Part shown: one piece after another, positions 9,894 to 17,957 of the stretch
How the letters are laid out: each line of letters starts with the position of its first letter
Numbering within the stretch: the stretch's first letter is position 1
Assembly: GCA_964597855.1 (NCBI GenBank)
Contig: CAZQZO010000001.1
Span: 267,702 to 331,701 of the forward strand
DNA length: 64,000 nucleotides
From: an uncultured Halobacteriales archaeon
GTDB lineage: Archaea; Halobacteriota; Halobacteria; Halobacteriales; Hikarchaeaceae
Direction of reading: 5' to 3'
The notes under the pieces: generated by a model
What the model was told of the DNA's origin: nothing
Databases searched by the model: none
What the model saw: the letters and a program-made list of their open reading frames with translations, nothing else
Translations under genes and position numbers: made by a program

Positions 9894-11123
9894 ATGGGAA
9901 TTTATACAAAAATGGGGAGGGTATTCGGAGGATATCGGGGGAAAATGTTGGTGATTGTTGCGATGGGGTGGGCGATAACACAGACAGGTAGGTTCTTACT
10001 ACCACCTTTGTTGCCAGTTATAATGGAAGAGGTGGGAATATCAGTGTTAATTGCAGGAGTGGTTTTAACAATTATGCAAGTGGTATATGCAATCGCACAA
10101 TATCCAAGTGGGAAGTTGTCGGACTGGAGTGGTAGGCCAATTATTATAATCCCAGGAATGGTTTTGATAGGGTTGAGTTTTTTCATTATTGCAGGGATAA
10201 CAACTACATTTATGTTGGTATTTGCAGTGGTGTTGTTAGGATTAGGAAGGGCCATGTATAATGTCCCTTCCAGGGCGTTGATTTCAGACCTGTACACAGG
10301 AAGAAGGGGAAGGGCCATGGGCATATTTACAGCGGGGAGTGATTTGGGAGGCATTTTTGCAGGGATACTTTCAATTGTTTTGGCAATGGCATATTTGGTA
10401 TTGGTAGAAGGCATACCTAATTGGAGAATTGTTATGGGTATTTGCGGGATTGCTAGTTTTGTGTTGATAGGAACTTTCGTGGGAATAAATCGAGAAAAAT
10501 ATAAATGGGATTGGGAGATTGCAGAAAAGGTGAAATCATCGGTGAGAGGTGATGTGATGTATATAGTAGGGGAGAGAGGTCAAAGGGAAACTATCTTGGC
10601 TTTTGCTTTGTTTATCTTCGTTGCCACTGCGATGGTGAATTTTCTCCCATTATATTTGATAGAAGGAAAAGATTTTGAGTTTGAAATTGCAGGATCTATT
10701 TTTGGTTGGTTTTTTTTATTAGGGATGGTAGTCAAGCCGATAATTGGGGCGTTATCGGACCGTGCCCCCAGGTATTTAATTTCAATAGGAGGGTTATTTG
10801 TAAGTACAGCGGGGGTTGGTTTGTTAATCATGGTGGACTCGGTGGTGGGAGTAATGATTGCTATTGCCATTTTTGCAATAGGGTACAAAGGACAGTTTCC
10901 AGTTATTGATGCCATTTTGATGGATTCGGCGCCGGAAAATTCGACGGGGAGTCACATAGGTGCGGCGAGGAGTATATTCTTCACATTGGGAGGGTTGGGT
11001 GCGGCGTATATGGGATTTGCAATACAAAATTATAGTTATACAGTGGGAATGGCGGGATTGGGGGTGGCTTTATTACTTGCAGCTTTATTATTAATTCGGA
11101 ACTATCAGAGTTCGCAGATATGA
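9894..11123 (+). CDS. MFS transporter
   Basis: 409 aa with about 12 predicted TM helices. It has an MFS loop 2-3 motif (GKLSDWSGRP) and a repeated half-structure. Confidence 0.75.
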   Translation: MGIYTKMGRVFGGYRGKMLVIVAMGWAITQTGRFLLPPLLPVIMEEVGISVLIAGVVLTIMQVVYAIAQYPSGKLSDWSGRPIIIIPGMVLIGLSFFIIAGITTTFMLVFAVVLLGLGRAMYNVPSRALISDLYTGRRGRAMGIFTAGSDLGGIFAGILSIVLAMAYLVLVEGIPNWRIVMGICGIASFVLIGTFVGINREKYKWDWEIAEKVKSSVRGDVMYIVGERGQRETILAFALFIFVATAMVNFLPLYLIEGKDFEFEIAGSIFGWFFLLGMVVKPIIGALSDRAPRYLISIGGLFVSTAGVGLLIMVDSVVGVMIAIAIFAIGYKGQFPVIDAILMDSAPENSTGSHIGAARSIFFTLGGLGAAYMGFAIQNYSYTVGMAGLGVALLLAALLLIRNYQSSQI

Positions 11124-11130
11124 GAAGGGG

Positions 11131-11802
11131 TTATTTGGGGAAAATGGGAGTTCCAATCTGATAAGAGGACGCGGGTTTTCCTGGGAAATTTACATATCGA
11201 TATAATTTAGCATGGGCATCATCCAAAACATTTGAACCGTGGAAAAGTAATGCTGAATTGAAATCATATTGTAGTATTTTCTCTAAAGTTTCTTCTGCTT
11301 GATTTAAATTTATAGTATGGACAGCAGGGGGGAGGTGGAATTCGCCAGCGGGCAGTCCACGCTGATCCGCTCCAGAAATTGCATCCCCAGGTATGATGAT
11401 TTTGGCTTTTTCGTCTATTAAACCATAATTGTCATCTTTATGACCAGGGAGATAGATTGTTTGGAACCTACCAATCTGTTCCCCTTCTTGGTATCGGTGG
11501 TCAGGGGTGTGGTCGGAGGAAAAATCAGACTCCACAGGGACCCAAGTTTCTACATCATAAGTGTCCACCAACGCGTCGAAAGCGCCTACGTGGTCTCCAT
11601 CCCCATGGGTGATGATCAACCTACCAGGCGTTAGGCCAGATTCTTCAATTCCTTTGAGCAATGCCTCAACAGTATCTCTTCGGGCACAATCAACTAAAGT
11701 TGGGACATCGTCATCGAATAGATATGCACGGTATCGGTTGTTTCCTTCAGCTACTAGACAGGTTATGTCATAAACACCTGGAAAAATTTCTTCAACAGAC
11801 AT
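11131..11802 (-). CDS. MBL-fold metallo-hydrolase
   Basis: HxHxDH-type metal motif ITHGDGDHVG, with downstream His/Asp ligands (LPGHKDD, FHG). Confidence 0.75.
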   Translation of the reverse strand: MSVEEIFPGVYDITCLVAEGNNRYRAYLFDDDVPTLVDCARRDTVEALLKGIEESGLTPGRLIITHGDGDHVGAFDALVDTYDVETWVPVESDFSSDHTPDHRYQEGEQIGRFQTIYLPGHKDDNYGLIDEKAKIIIPGDAISGADQRGLPAGEFHLPPAVHTINLNQAEETLEKILQYDFNSALLFHGSNVLDDAHAKLYRYVNFPGKPASSYQIGTPIFPK

Positions 11803-11901
11803 ACTATAGATATTAATGTCGAAGATAATGATAGTTATCCTTTAAATTAAATTTTTAAAAAATGTGTTTGTTTTAAGTTGATCGGGGGGAATATTGCAGA
11901 T

Positions 11902-12270
11902 ATGGAAAAATATAAAATGGCGTCTATTGGAGAGATGGAGAAGGTAAAATCAAAATTTACTGAGGTTTTTAATTCAGGTTTGACAGAGGTATTGGAATTA
12001 AAAACTATGAGGGGGAAATTTTGGTATGTCCCACCAGGAGAAGAGATAGTTTTCCACAAGCATGGTGTCCAAGAAGAAATATATTATCAGATAAAAGGAC
12101 CGGGTAAGATATTATTTGGAGAGAATAGAGAAGAGGTCGTTGAGGTGCCAGAGGGATCCATAGTTAGTGTCCCTCCAGAAACGTGGAGGCAAGTGGTAAA
12201 TGACACAGAAGAAGAACATATTTGGCTTATAATAGGTTCACCCCCGGTAGATAAAGATGGAATTCATTGA
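11902..12270 (+). CDS. Cupin domain protein
   Basis: A small beta-barrel protein with the cupin-like motif PPGEEIVFHKHGVQEEIYY...VP. The longest ORF starts at TTG 11878; ATG 11902 is preferred. Confidence 0.6.
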   Translation: MEKYKMASIGEMEKVKSKFTEVFNSGLTEVLELKTMRGKFWYVPPGEEIVFHKHGVQEEIYYQIKGPGKILFGENREEVVEVPEGSIVSVPPETWRQVVNDTEEEHIWLIIGSPPVDKDGIH

Positions 12271-12319
12271 TCAAATTTGGTGAGTATATTTATTCGTGAT
12301 GGTTAGGGGAATAAAATAA

Positions 12320-12736
12320 TTAGATATACCCAGGGACTTGGATCACATAGTGCCCATCTTCTTGAATTGCAATAATACATTCATCTCGGTTGTATAGCTC
12401 CATTAAATTAAGTTCGTACTGGCCTGGTTCAAGAATTTTAATACTTTCAAATTGAGTACTCAACTCAACTTGGAGTTTTTCTATATACTCGGGAGTGGGG
12501 GGAGTGGGGGGAGTGGGGGTAGGAGATTCGTAATGATAATTTAAATTTAAATTTTTCGGAGGAGGGGGAGAGTGGTCAGGAGGGGCTTCAATAATTGGTG
12601 ATTTATGGAAGAGTTCTGGGTCGGCCCCAACGGGGATGAATTGAAATTTTTTCCCCCCACAAGCGGTGCATCCAGCTAGCATTTTTTTGGAGCCATCAGA
12701 AAATAGTTCCCCACAACTAGTACATTGGTGTGGCAT
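12320..12736 (-). CDS. oapC: Zn-ribbon protein OapC (origin-associated protein C family)
   Basis: N-terminal CxxC...CxxC zinc ribbon (CTSCG...CTACGG), a Pro/Thr-rich linker (PTPTPPTPPTP) and a conserved C-terminal domain. It is the last gene of the GTPase-DUF2073-Zn-ribbon operon next to orc1. Confidence 0.7.
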   Translation of the reverse strand: MPHQCTSCGELFSDGSKKMLAGCTACGGKKFQFIPVGADPELFHKSPIIEAPPDHSPPPPKNLNLNYHYESPTPTPPTPPTPEYIEKLQVELSTQFESIKILEPGQYELNLMELYNRDECIIAIQEDGHYVIQVPGYI

Positions 12737-13125
12737 TAGCTTTGAGATATGAAAGTTGTTATCAACTTTTCATCTTTATGAAGTGTTTCGATTCGGTTAG
12801 CAGGTCCGATGACAGTTAATTTGGAAGGGGTCCTTCGGCCCATTAACTTATTGATAAATGCAGACCCACTCGGGGTGGAAGGGAGATGTGTTTCAATTTC
12901 AATTCCAGTGAACCCATCAGGATTAATTTCAGACATGGTTACCTCAATAAGTTTGGATTCTTCATCAGGTGAGAGGCCGGTTTCTAGTATAACAATTTTA
13001 TCACTCCGTACACCATCTAAAATCATTCTAATTTTTTCCATTGTGGTTAGTTCATCCATTTTTTGGCTACTAATTAGATCAATTTGTATTCCAGTTTTAT
13101 GTTTTAATTTTTGCATTTTTATCAC
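12736..13125 (-). CDS. oapB: DUF2073-like protein OapB (origin-associated protein B family)
   Basis: A 129-aa ORF that overlaps both neighbours (4 nt and 1 nt). Its position between the Era-like GTPase and the Zn-ribbon protein matches the haloarchaeal oapABC arrangement. Confidence 0.65.
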   Translation of the reverse strand: MIKMQKLKHKTGIQIDLISSQKMDELTTMEKIRMILDGVRSDKIVILETGLSPDEESKLIEVTMSEINPDGFTGIEIETHLPSTPSGSAFINKLMGRRTPSKLTVIGPANRIETLHKDEKLITTFISQS

Positions 13126-13766
13126 CCGAAATAATCTGCTATTTTATCATATACTTCATCCATATTTTCCCCTTCTAATGCAGATAGTGGTACGGTTTTG
13201 TGTTGGGGGAAGGATTGTTCAATTAAAGTTGGATCTGACTTCTTCAGATCGATTTTATTAGCAAAAATTAGAACGGGTAGTTTCCTACTTTCTATAATAC
13301 CGATCAACATTGTGTTGACTTGGGTGAATGGGTCTTGTGTGGAATCTAACACATAAATTACACCATCAATATCTTCACGCAACCAATGCATGGCTTCTGC
13401 GACCCCTTCTGTAGCTTCGCGGGATCGACGTATCGCGTCTTTCTTAGACATTCCAAAATCAAGAAATTCACGATAATCAATTTTAGTGGTTACACCTGGG
13501 GTGTCTACAATATCAATAGTGACAATTTTACCATCCCGCTCGATTTCTATATTTTCTTTTCTTCTGGCCCTGCGCGTCTCGTGGGGAACTTTGCTTTCTG
13601 TTCCAACAATATCACCAGTCCAGTCTCGTGCTATACGATTTGCGAGTGTTGTTTTTCCTGCATTTGGTGGACCATAAATTCCAATACGTTTTGGTTTGGA
13701 CCCAGAAAAAAGTTTATCAGTAGCTCGCGAAATGCTATCTCTAAGTTGTTTTAGTAAACCCATCAT
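13122..13766 (-). CDS. oapA: Era-like small GTPase OapA (origin-associated protein A family)
   Basis: G1 GPPNAGKT, G3 DTPG and G4 NKID motifs. It is transcribed divergently from orc1 across the origin. Confidence 0.8.
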   Translation of the reverse strand: MMGLLKQLRDSISRATDKLFSGSKPKRIGIYGPPNAGKTTLANRIARDWTGDIVGTESKVPHETRRARRKENIEIERDGKIVTIDIVDTPGVTTKIDYREFLDFGMSKKDAIRRSREATEGVAEAMHWLREDIDGVIYVLDSTQDPFTQVNTMLIGIIESRKLPVLIFANKIDLKKSDPTLIEQSFPQHKTVPLSALEGENMDEVYDKIADYFG

Positions 13767-13898
13767 TTACATTGCCTCACAGATGAAACCAAATTATACT
13801 ATATTTGGCATCTTCTCATCTATGACATAAATCCTATGCCTAATCACTTAAACTTATGTCAGACGTTTGTCTGCCCTATAAATAATATCTTACAGGTA

Positions 13899-13918
13899 CC
13901 CCCCCATTTCCAGTGGAG
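13899..13918 (+). promoter_or_regulatory. ORB element (C-string orientation)
   Basis: CCCCCCCATTTCCAGTGGAG. The reverse complement CTCCACTGGAAATGGGGGGG fits the archaeal ORB core plus a G-string. Confidence 0.8.
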
Positions 13919-14100
13919 TTTTTATATTCATTATTTTCGTTGGAATTAACATTAAATATGTTTTATTTCACATTATTTTCAGATGGTTTTAAGTATTAAT
14001 TTCACATTATTTTCGGTGAAATTTTTATCTTTTATAGGGATGAATCGTTATAAATATTTCTCTTTAAAAAACCTGTAATAAAAAAATATATTTTATTAAT
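13919..14100. other. AT-rich putative duplex unwinding element
   Basis: Hand count gives about 32 G/C in about 182 nt (roughly 18% G+C). The element is bracketed by inverted ORBs. Confidence 0.7.
13927..14020 (+). repeat. Three related direct repeats (mini-ORB-like) inside the AT-rich core
   Basis: TTCATTATTTTCGTTGGAATT (13927-13947), TTTCACATTATTTTCAGATGG (13966-13986) and TTTCACATTATTTTCGGTGAA (14000-14020). The last two are 34 bp apart. Confidence 0.7.
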
Positions 14101-14130
14101 AATTCCACTTGAAACAAAGGGGGGTGGGGG
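14101..14130 (+). promoter_or_regulatory. ORB element with G-string (inverted relative to 13899-13918)
   Basis: AATTCCACTTGAAACAAAGGGGGGTGGGGG matches the haloarchaeal-type ORB pattern TCCACnnGAAAC...GGGGG. Confidence 0.85.
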
Positions 14131-14133
14131 ATC

Positions 14134-14148
14134 ATTTCCATTGGAATC
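14134..14148 (+). promoter_or_regulatory. Mini-ORB-like element
   Basis: ATTTCCATTGGAATC lies immediately after the G-string ORB. Its core is the same as ATTTCCAGTGGAG at 13906. Confidence 0.6.
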
Positions 14149-14202
14149 TGAAAAAAACAACTATTATAAAAAAACAACATATGTAGTTTGGTTGTGTGTT
14201 TT

Positions 14203-14238
14203 TTATATATTTTTACATTTTTATATATTTTTACATTT
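14203..14238. repeat. Perfect 18-bp tandem duplication (TTATATATTTTTACATTT x2)
   Basis: Read directly from the sequence. It is the source of the KNVKIYKNVKIYK repeat in the spurious minus-strand ORF 14064..14339. Confidence 0.9.
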
Positions 14239-14267
14239 TTTAATAAATATTTTTTAGAGAAACCTTT

Positions 14268-14282
14268 ATTTCTATTGGAAAT
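14268..14282 (+). promoter_or_regulatory. Mini-ORB-like element abutting the longest-ORF start of orc1
   Basis: ATTTCTATTGGAAAT has the same core as the elements at 13906 and 14134. Confidence 0.55.
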
Positions 14283-14323
14283 ATATGAAGACATTACTAG
14301 AAATTTATAAAAATGGGGCAAAA

Positions 14324-15790
14324 ATGATGGACAATACACAAAAAAACAATACCCAATATATTTCCAACCAAAATTTAAATACCTCCACTCCTGGTGGTTT
14401 GTTTGAAAATTTACTTAGTGTTGAACCAATTTTTAACAATAAAGAACTACTAAGACATTCTTTTACACCTGAAATTCTACCCCACCGCGATACCCAAATT
14501 CAAACTTTGGCTAGTATTCTTGTACCAGCACTTCGTGGGGACACTCCCTCAAATATCCTTATTTATGGGAAAACAGGAACTGGTAAAACTGCAAGTGTCA
14601 ATTTTGTAACTCGTGAGTTGGAACAAACTTCCACCAATTATGAAACTCCATGTGATGTTAAATTTATTAACTGTGAAGTTGTTGATACAAAATACCGAGT
14701 TTTAGCAGAATTAGCTAATAATTTTATAGATAAAAATAAAGAATATGTACTTAACCAAATTATTCAACTTGAAACTTCATTAGCCAATTGGAGCGTTCAA
14801 GGTAGAGGTGATTCTCTGGATTTATCCTCCTTCGACAACCGGGCGGTTCTCCAGGATAAAATTACCCAACTTAACCAAGACCTCGATTCCTTCACAAATG
14901 TACCCATGACCGGGTGGCCAACTGATACTGTATACTCAACTTTAATCAAAGCAATTGATTATCGCGAGCGTGTTGTTGTAATCGTCCTTGATGAAATAGA
15001 CAAACTTGTAGAAAAAAGTGGAGATAATATTCTCTATAATCTCTCTCGGATGAATTCCGATCTAAACCAATCCCGAGTGTCTATTAAAGGAATTTCAAAC
15101 GATCTAACTTTCACAGAGGATCTAGACCCCCGTGTCAAATCTTCATTAGGTGAAGAAGAAATAATCTTCCCTCCTTATAATGCCCATCAATTGAATGATA
15201 TACTTGAAAATCGTGCTACAGAGGCATTTAAAGAAGGTGTTCTATCTGAAGGTGTGATCAGATTGTGCTCCGGGTTCGCCGCAAAAGAACATGGGGATGC
15301 ACGACGCGCTTTGGATTTACTAAGAACTGCCGGTGAACTCGCAGAGCGCGCGGGTTCTGCTACTGTGACTACTGATCATGTTCGAGCAGCACAACAAAAA
15401 ATAGAACTCGACCGCGTTGTCGAAACTATTCGAACTTTACCAGACCAATCTAAATTAGTACTTCGCGCAATCCTTACTTTAACCCAAAATGATATTTCCC
15501 ACATCACCACTGGAGAAGTATACAAACAATATCGCCAACTTTGTAAACAAAGATCTGATTCTATACTCACCCACCGGAGAGTCACCGATCTGATTTCAGA
15601 ATTAGATATGTTGGGAATTGTCAACGCGGTAGTTGTAAGTAAAGGTCGATATGGGCGAACCAAACAAATCGCCCTCTCCGTCGACCCAAAACATGTTGAG
15701 AATGTATTATCTGCAGATAAACATTTATTCGAGGGCTCAGAAGACATACCCATCGAATATCAAAGCCAATTTAAACCTTATTTTAAATAA
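14324..15790 (+). CDS. orc1: Orc1/Cdc6 replication initiator (origin-adjacent copy)
   Basis: Walker A GKTGTGKT, Walker B VVIVLDEID and a C-terminal winged-helix region. The longest ORF starts at 14285, but that ATG sits on a mini-ORB, so the MMDNTQ start at 14324/14327 is preferred. The start is uncertain. Confidence 0.9.
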   Translation: MMDNTQKNNTQYISNQNLNTSTPGGLFENLLSVEPIFNNKELLRHSFTPEILPHRDTQIQTLASILVPALRGDTPSNILIYGKTGTGKTASVNFVTRELEQTSTNYETPCDVKFINCEVVDTKYRVLAELANNFIDKNKEYVLNQIIQLETSLANWSVQGRGDSLDLSSFDNRAVLQDKITQLNQDLDSFTNVPMTGWPTDTVYSTLIKAIDYRERVVVIVLDEIDKLVEKSGDNILYNLSRMNSDLNQSRVSIKGISNDLTFTEDLDPRVKSSLGEEEIIFPPYNAHQLNDILENRATEAFKEGVLSEGVIRLCSGFAAKEHGDARRALDLLRTAGELAERAGSATVTTDHVRAAQQKIELDRVVETIRTLPDQSKLVLRAILTLTQNDISHITTGEVYKQYRQLCKQRSDSILTHRRVTDLISELDMLGIVNAVVVSKGRYGRTKQIALSVDPKHVENVLSADKHLFEGSEDIPIEYQSQFKPYFK

Positions 15791-16382
15791 AATTCCCTAC
15801 AATTTCATTAAAAATTAATTTAATATATCCTATCCACGGTATTCGGGCTTCTGCAGTCCCTTTCACCCATGAAGGTTTAACCGGTCCACTAATCCCCTGA
15901 GATTGGTCGTAGACTTCATTCCCATCCCCCTTCGTGATGTAACCACTATGGGGCGCAGGACAGTTTAACATTGACCCACAATTTTTTCCCACAACCCAAT
16001 TTGGATCTCCCCTATCATACCAATCTTCACCACCTTCCACCCAAAATTCCGCTCTATGTATCACCCCATTATTTGGATTTCCATCCACACCAAAAACAAT
16101 AACATCCCCCTTTCCCCCAAATTTATAATATTCTCCTACCTCATCTCCTGTCACAACACCCCCACTCCGATCATTACTCATAATAAAAACCAAATCCCCT
16201 TGATGTAGATTTGGTTCCATACTCTCACTCTCTATGGCTACTAACGGCGGCCAAACTCCACTAATCCCAAATAAAATCCCTCCGATCAGTAAAATAAAAA
16301 ATAAATCTTTTAAAATTATTCTACCAATCCCTCCTTCTTCAAAAATTTCTGTTATATATCTAATCATCCCTCCAATCTCCAT
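15783..16382 (-). CDS. Signal peptidase I, archaeal Sec11 type (S26B)
   Basis: An N-terminal TM helix followed by the catalytic Ser box ESESMEPNLHQGDLVF and the downstream His box (VIHRA). It converges on orc1 with an 8-nt overlap. Confidence 0.8.
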   Translation of the reverse strand: MEIGGMIRYITEIFEEGGIGRIILKDLFFILLIGGILFGISGVWPPLVAIESESMEPNLHQGDLVFIMSNDRSGGVVTGDEVGEYYKFGGKGDVIVFGVDGNPNNGVIHRAEFWVEGGEDWYDRGDPNWVVGKNCGSMLNCPAPHSGYITKGDGNEVYDQSQGISGPVKPSWVKGTAEARIPWIGYIKLIFNEIVGNFI

Positions 16383-16470
16383 TTTCTACTCTATTATACT
16401 TCTAACTACCTCTACATCAACCTTTCCGGGCCGCTACATTTTTATCTTCCCCCCCGTTCTCTCCCTCCAC

Positions 16471-17880
16471 GTGCCGCCAAACGAACTTTCTAATGTTATC
16501 CAAGAGTTGGTAAAACATGGGTACAATGCCGAACCTAAAGTGGTGCAATTTATCAATAACACCCCCGATCCCCATTCTACAATCCAATTTTTAATTTCCA
16601 ACACCCCTGAGGGAACTTTCACCCTCACCATGTCTCATATATCCAATATTTACGACAAGCCCACTCCCCCTCCCCACTCCCTCCCTTCTATATCTATATT
16701 AAATGATATGACTGGAAACAGTACTGGTTCTGGAACCTATGACGATTTCGTCTCCATTTTTCAAGACAGACTATCTAAACTTTCAGCCATTCTATCCAAC
16801 CGAATAAAACCACATCCCCTCAATTCTCTTGGAAAAAATTCTGGTGAAATTGGAGTTGTAGGGATGGTTTCTGACATCCAAAAAACAAATTCCAACCACA
16901 TTTTACTCGAACTGGAAGACACTACCGGGACATTTTCAATATTGGTAAATAATAATAGTGAAATTTTCCATTTAGCAGATGAGATACTCTTAGATGAAGT
17001 GATCGGCGTTAAAGGAAAACTCTCCCCCGATTCTGAGATTCTGTTTGCGGAGATAATTTATTTCCCCGATGTTCCCCCCAATTTCCGCCCACCCCGTGCT
17101 GATAGATCTGTCCAAGCAGCATTGTTGAGTGACATACATGTCGGATCTAAACATTTCACATCTGAAATTTGGTCTGATTTCACACATTGGCTCAAAACCC
17201 CCGAAGCAGAACTTATTGAATATCTCTTAATCGCGGGAGATTTGGTTGAAGGTGTTGGGGTTTACCCTGGACAAGACACAGACCTTGCGATCATTAACAT
17301 ATACAAACAATATGAGGCGTTTACTGAATGTTTAAAAGAAATCCCTGGAGACATTTCTATTATTATGATCCCTGGAAACCACGACGCTGTTAGGCTAGCA
17401 GAACCCCAACCCGGATTTGATTCTGAAATTAGAAATTTACTCTCTTCTTCCAATACTCACCTCACATCAAATCCCTCAACTGTGGTTGTAGAAAAGGTCC
17501 CCATTCTAATGTATCATGGAGTATCTTTAGATGAAATAATCGCAGAAACATCTTCTACCCAGGTTAGTTATGAAGCCCCTCAAAATGCCATGATCCAACT
17601 CCTTAAAAAACGCCATTTGGCCCCCCAATTTGGATCAAGAACTAGAATTTCCCCCGAGGAAAAAGATTATCTAGTCATTGATCAAGTCCCCTCCGTTTTT
17701 CACTCCGGGCATGTTCATAAATTTGGCTGTGGGAAATATCGTAATGTGTTGGTTGTTAATTCCGGCTGCTGGCAATCCCAAACCGATTTTCAAAAACGTG
17801 CTAATATCACCCCCGATGTTGGGTATGCGCCCATCTTAGATTTGGATACGTTGGATCTAACCATTCGAAAATTCTCTTAA
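16471..17880 (+). CDS. polD1: DNA polymerase II (PolD) small subunit DP1
   Basis: Calcineurin-like phosphoesterase motifs (LSDIHVGS, GDLVEGVG, GNHDAVR, GHVH) and an OB-fold region. The conserved N-terminus begins at in-frame GTG 16471 (VPPNELSNVIQELVKHGY). The longest ORF (16234) would overlap the Sec11 gene by about 150 nt. A TATA-like ATTTTTAT sits at 16438-16445, about 26 nt upstream. Confidence 0.88.
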   Translation: MPPNELSNVIQELVKHGYNAEPKVVQFINNTPDPHSTIQFLISNTPEGTFTLTMSHISNIYDKPTPPPHSLPSISILNDMTGNSTGSGTYDDFVSIFQDRLSKLSAILSNRIKPHPLNSLGKNSGEIGVVGMVSDIQKTNSNHILLELEDTTGTFSILVNNNSEIFHLADEILLDEVIGVKGKLSPDSEILFAEIIYFPDVPPNFRPPRADRSVQAALLSDIHVGSKHFTSEIWSDFTHWLKTPEAELIEYLLIAGDLVEGVGVYPGQDTDLAIINIYKQYEAFTECLKEIPGDISIIMIPGNHDAVRLAEPQPGFDSEIRNLLSSSNTHLTSNPSTVVVEKVPILMYHGVSLDEIIAETSSTQVSYEAPQNAMIQLLKKRHLAPQFGSRTRISPEEKDYLVIDQVPSVFHSGHVHKFGCGKYRNVLVVNSGCWQSQTDFQKRANITPDVGYAPILDLDTLDLTIRKFS

Positions 17881-17957
17881 TTTCTTTTCATTATCACCCC
17901 AATCCCTGGAAAACACCGAATGATTCAAGTCCCCTCAACTTCCCTGATGGTTATATA

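Larger units (their letters stand above)
13767..14323. other. Replication origin (oriC) region between oapA and orc1
   Basis: Inverted ORB elements with C/G-strings, an AT-rich core of about 180 bp, several mini-ORB-like repeats and a tandem 18-bp duplication. It is flanked by orc1/cdc6. Confidence 0.85.

Noticed and set aside
13776-13793. Additional ORB-like sequence CTCACAGATGAAACCAAA next to the oapA start
   Set aside because: The spacing between the CAC and GAAAC blocks differs from the clear ORBs (4 nt vs 2 nt) and there is no G-string. It may be a degenerate site or part of the oapA promoter.
14064-14339. 91-aa minus-strand ORF with a KNVKIYKNVKIYK repeat
   Set aside because: It lies entirely within the origin. 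The peptide repeat is just the translation of the 18-bp AT-rich tandem duplication, and the composition is non-coding-like.
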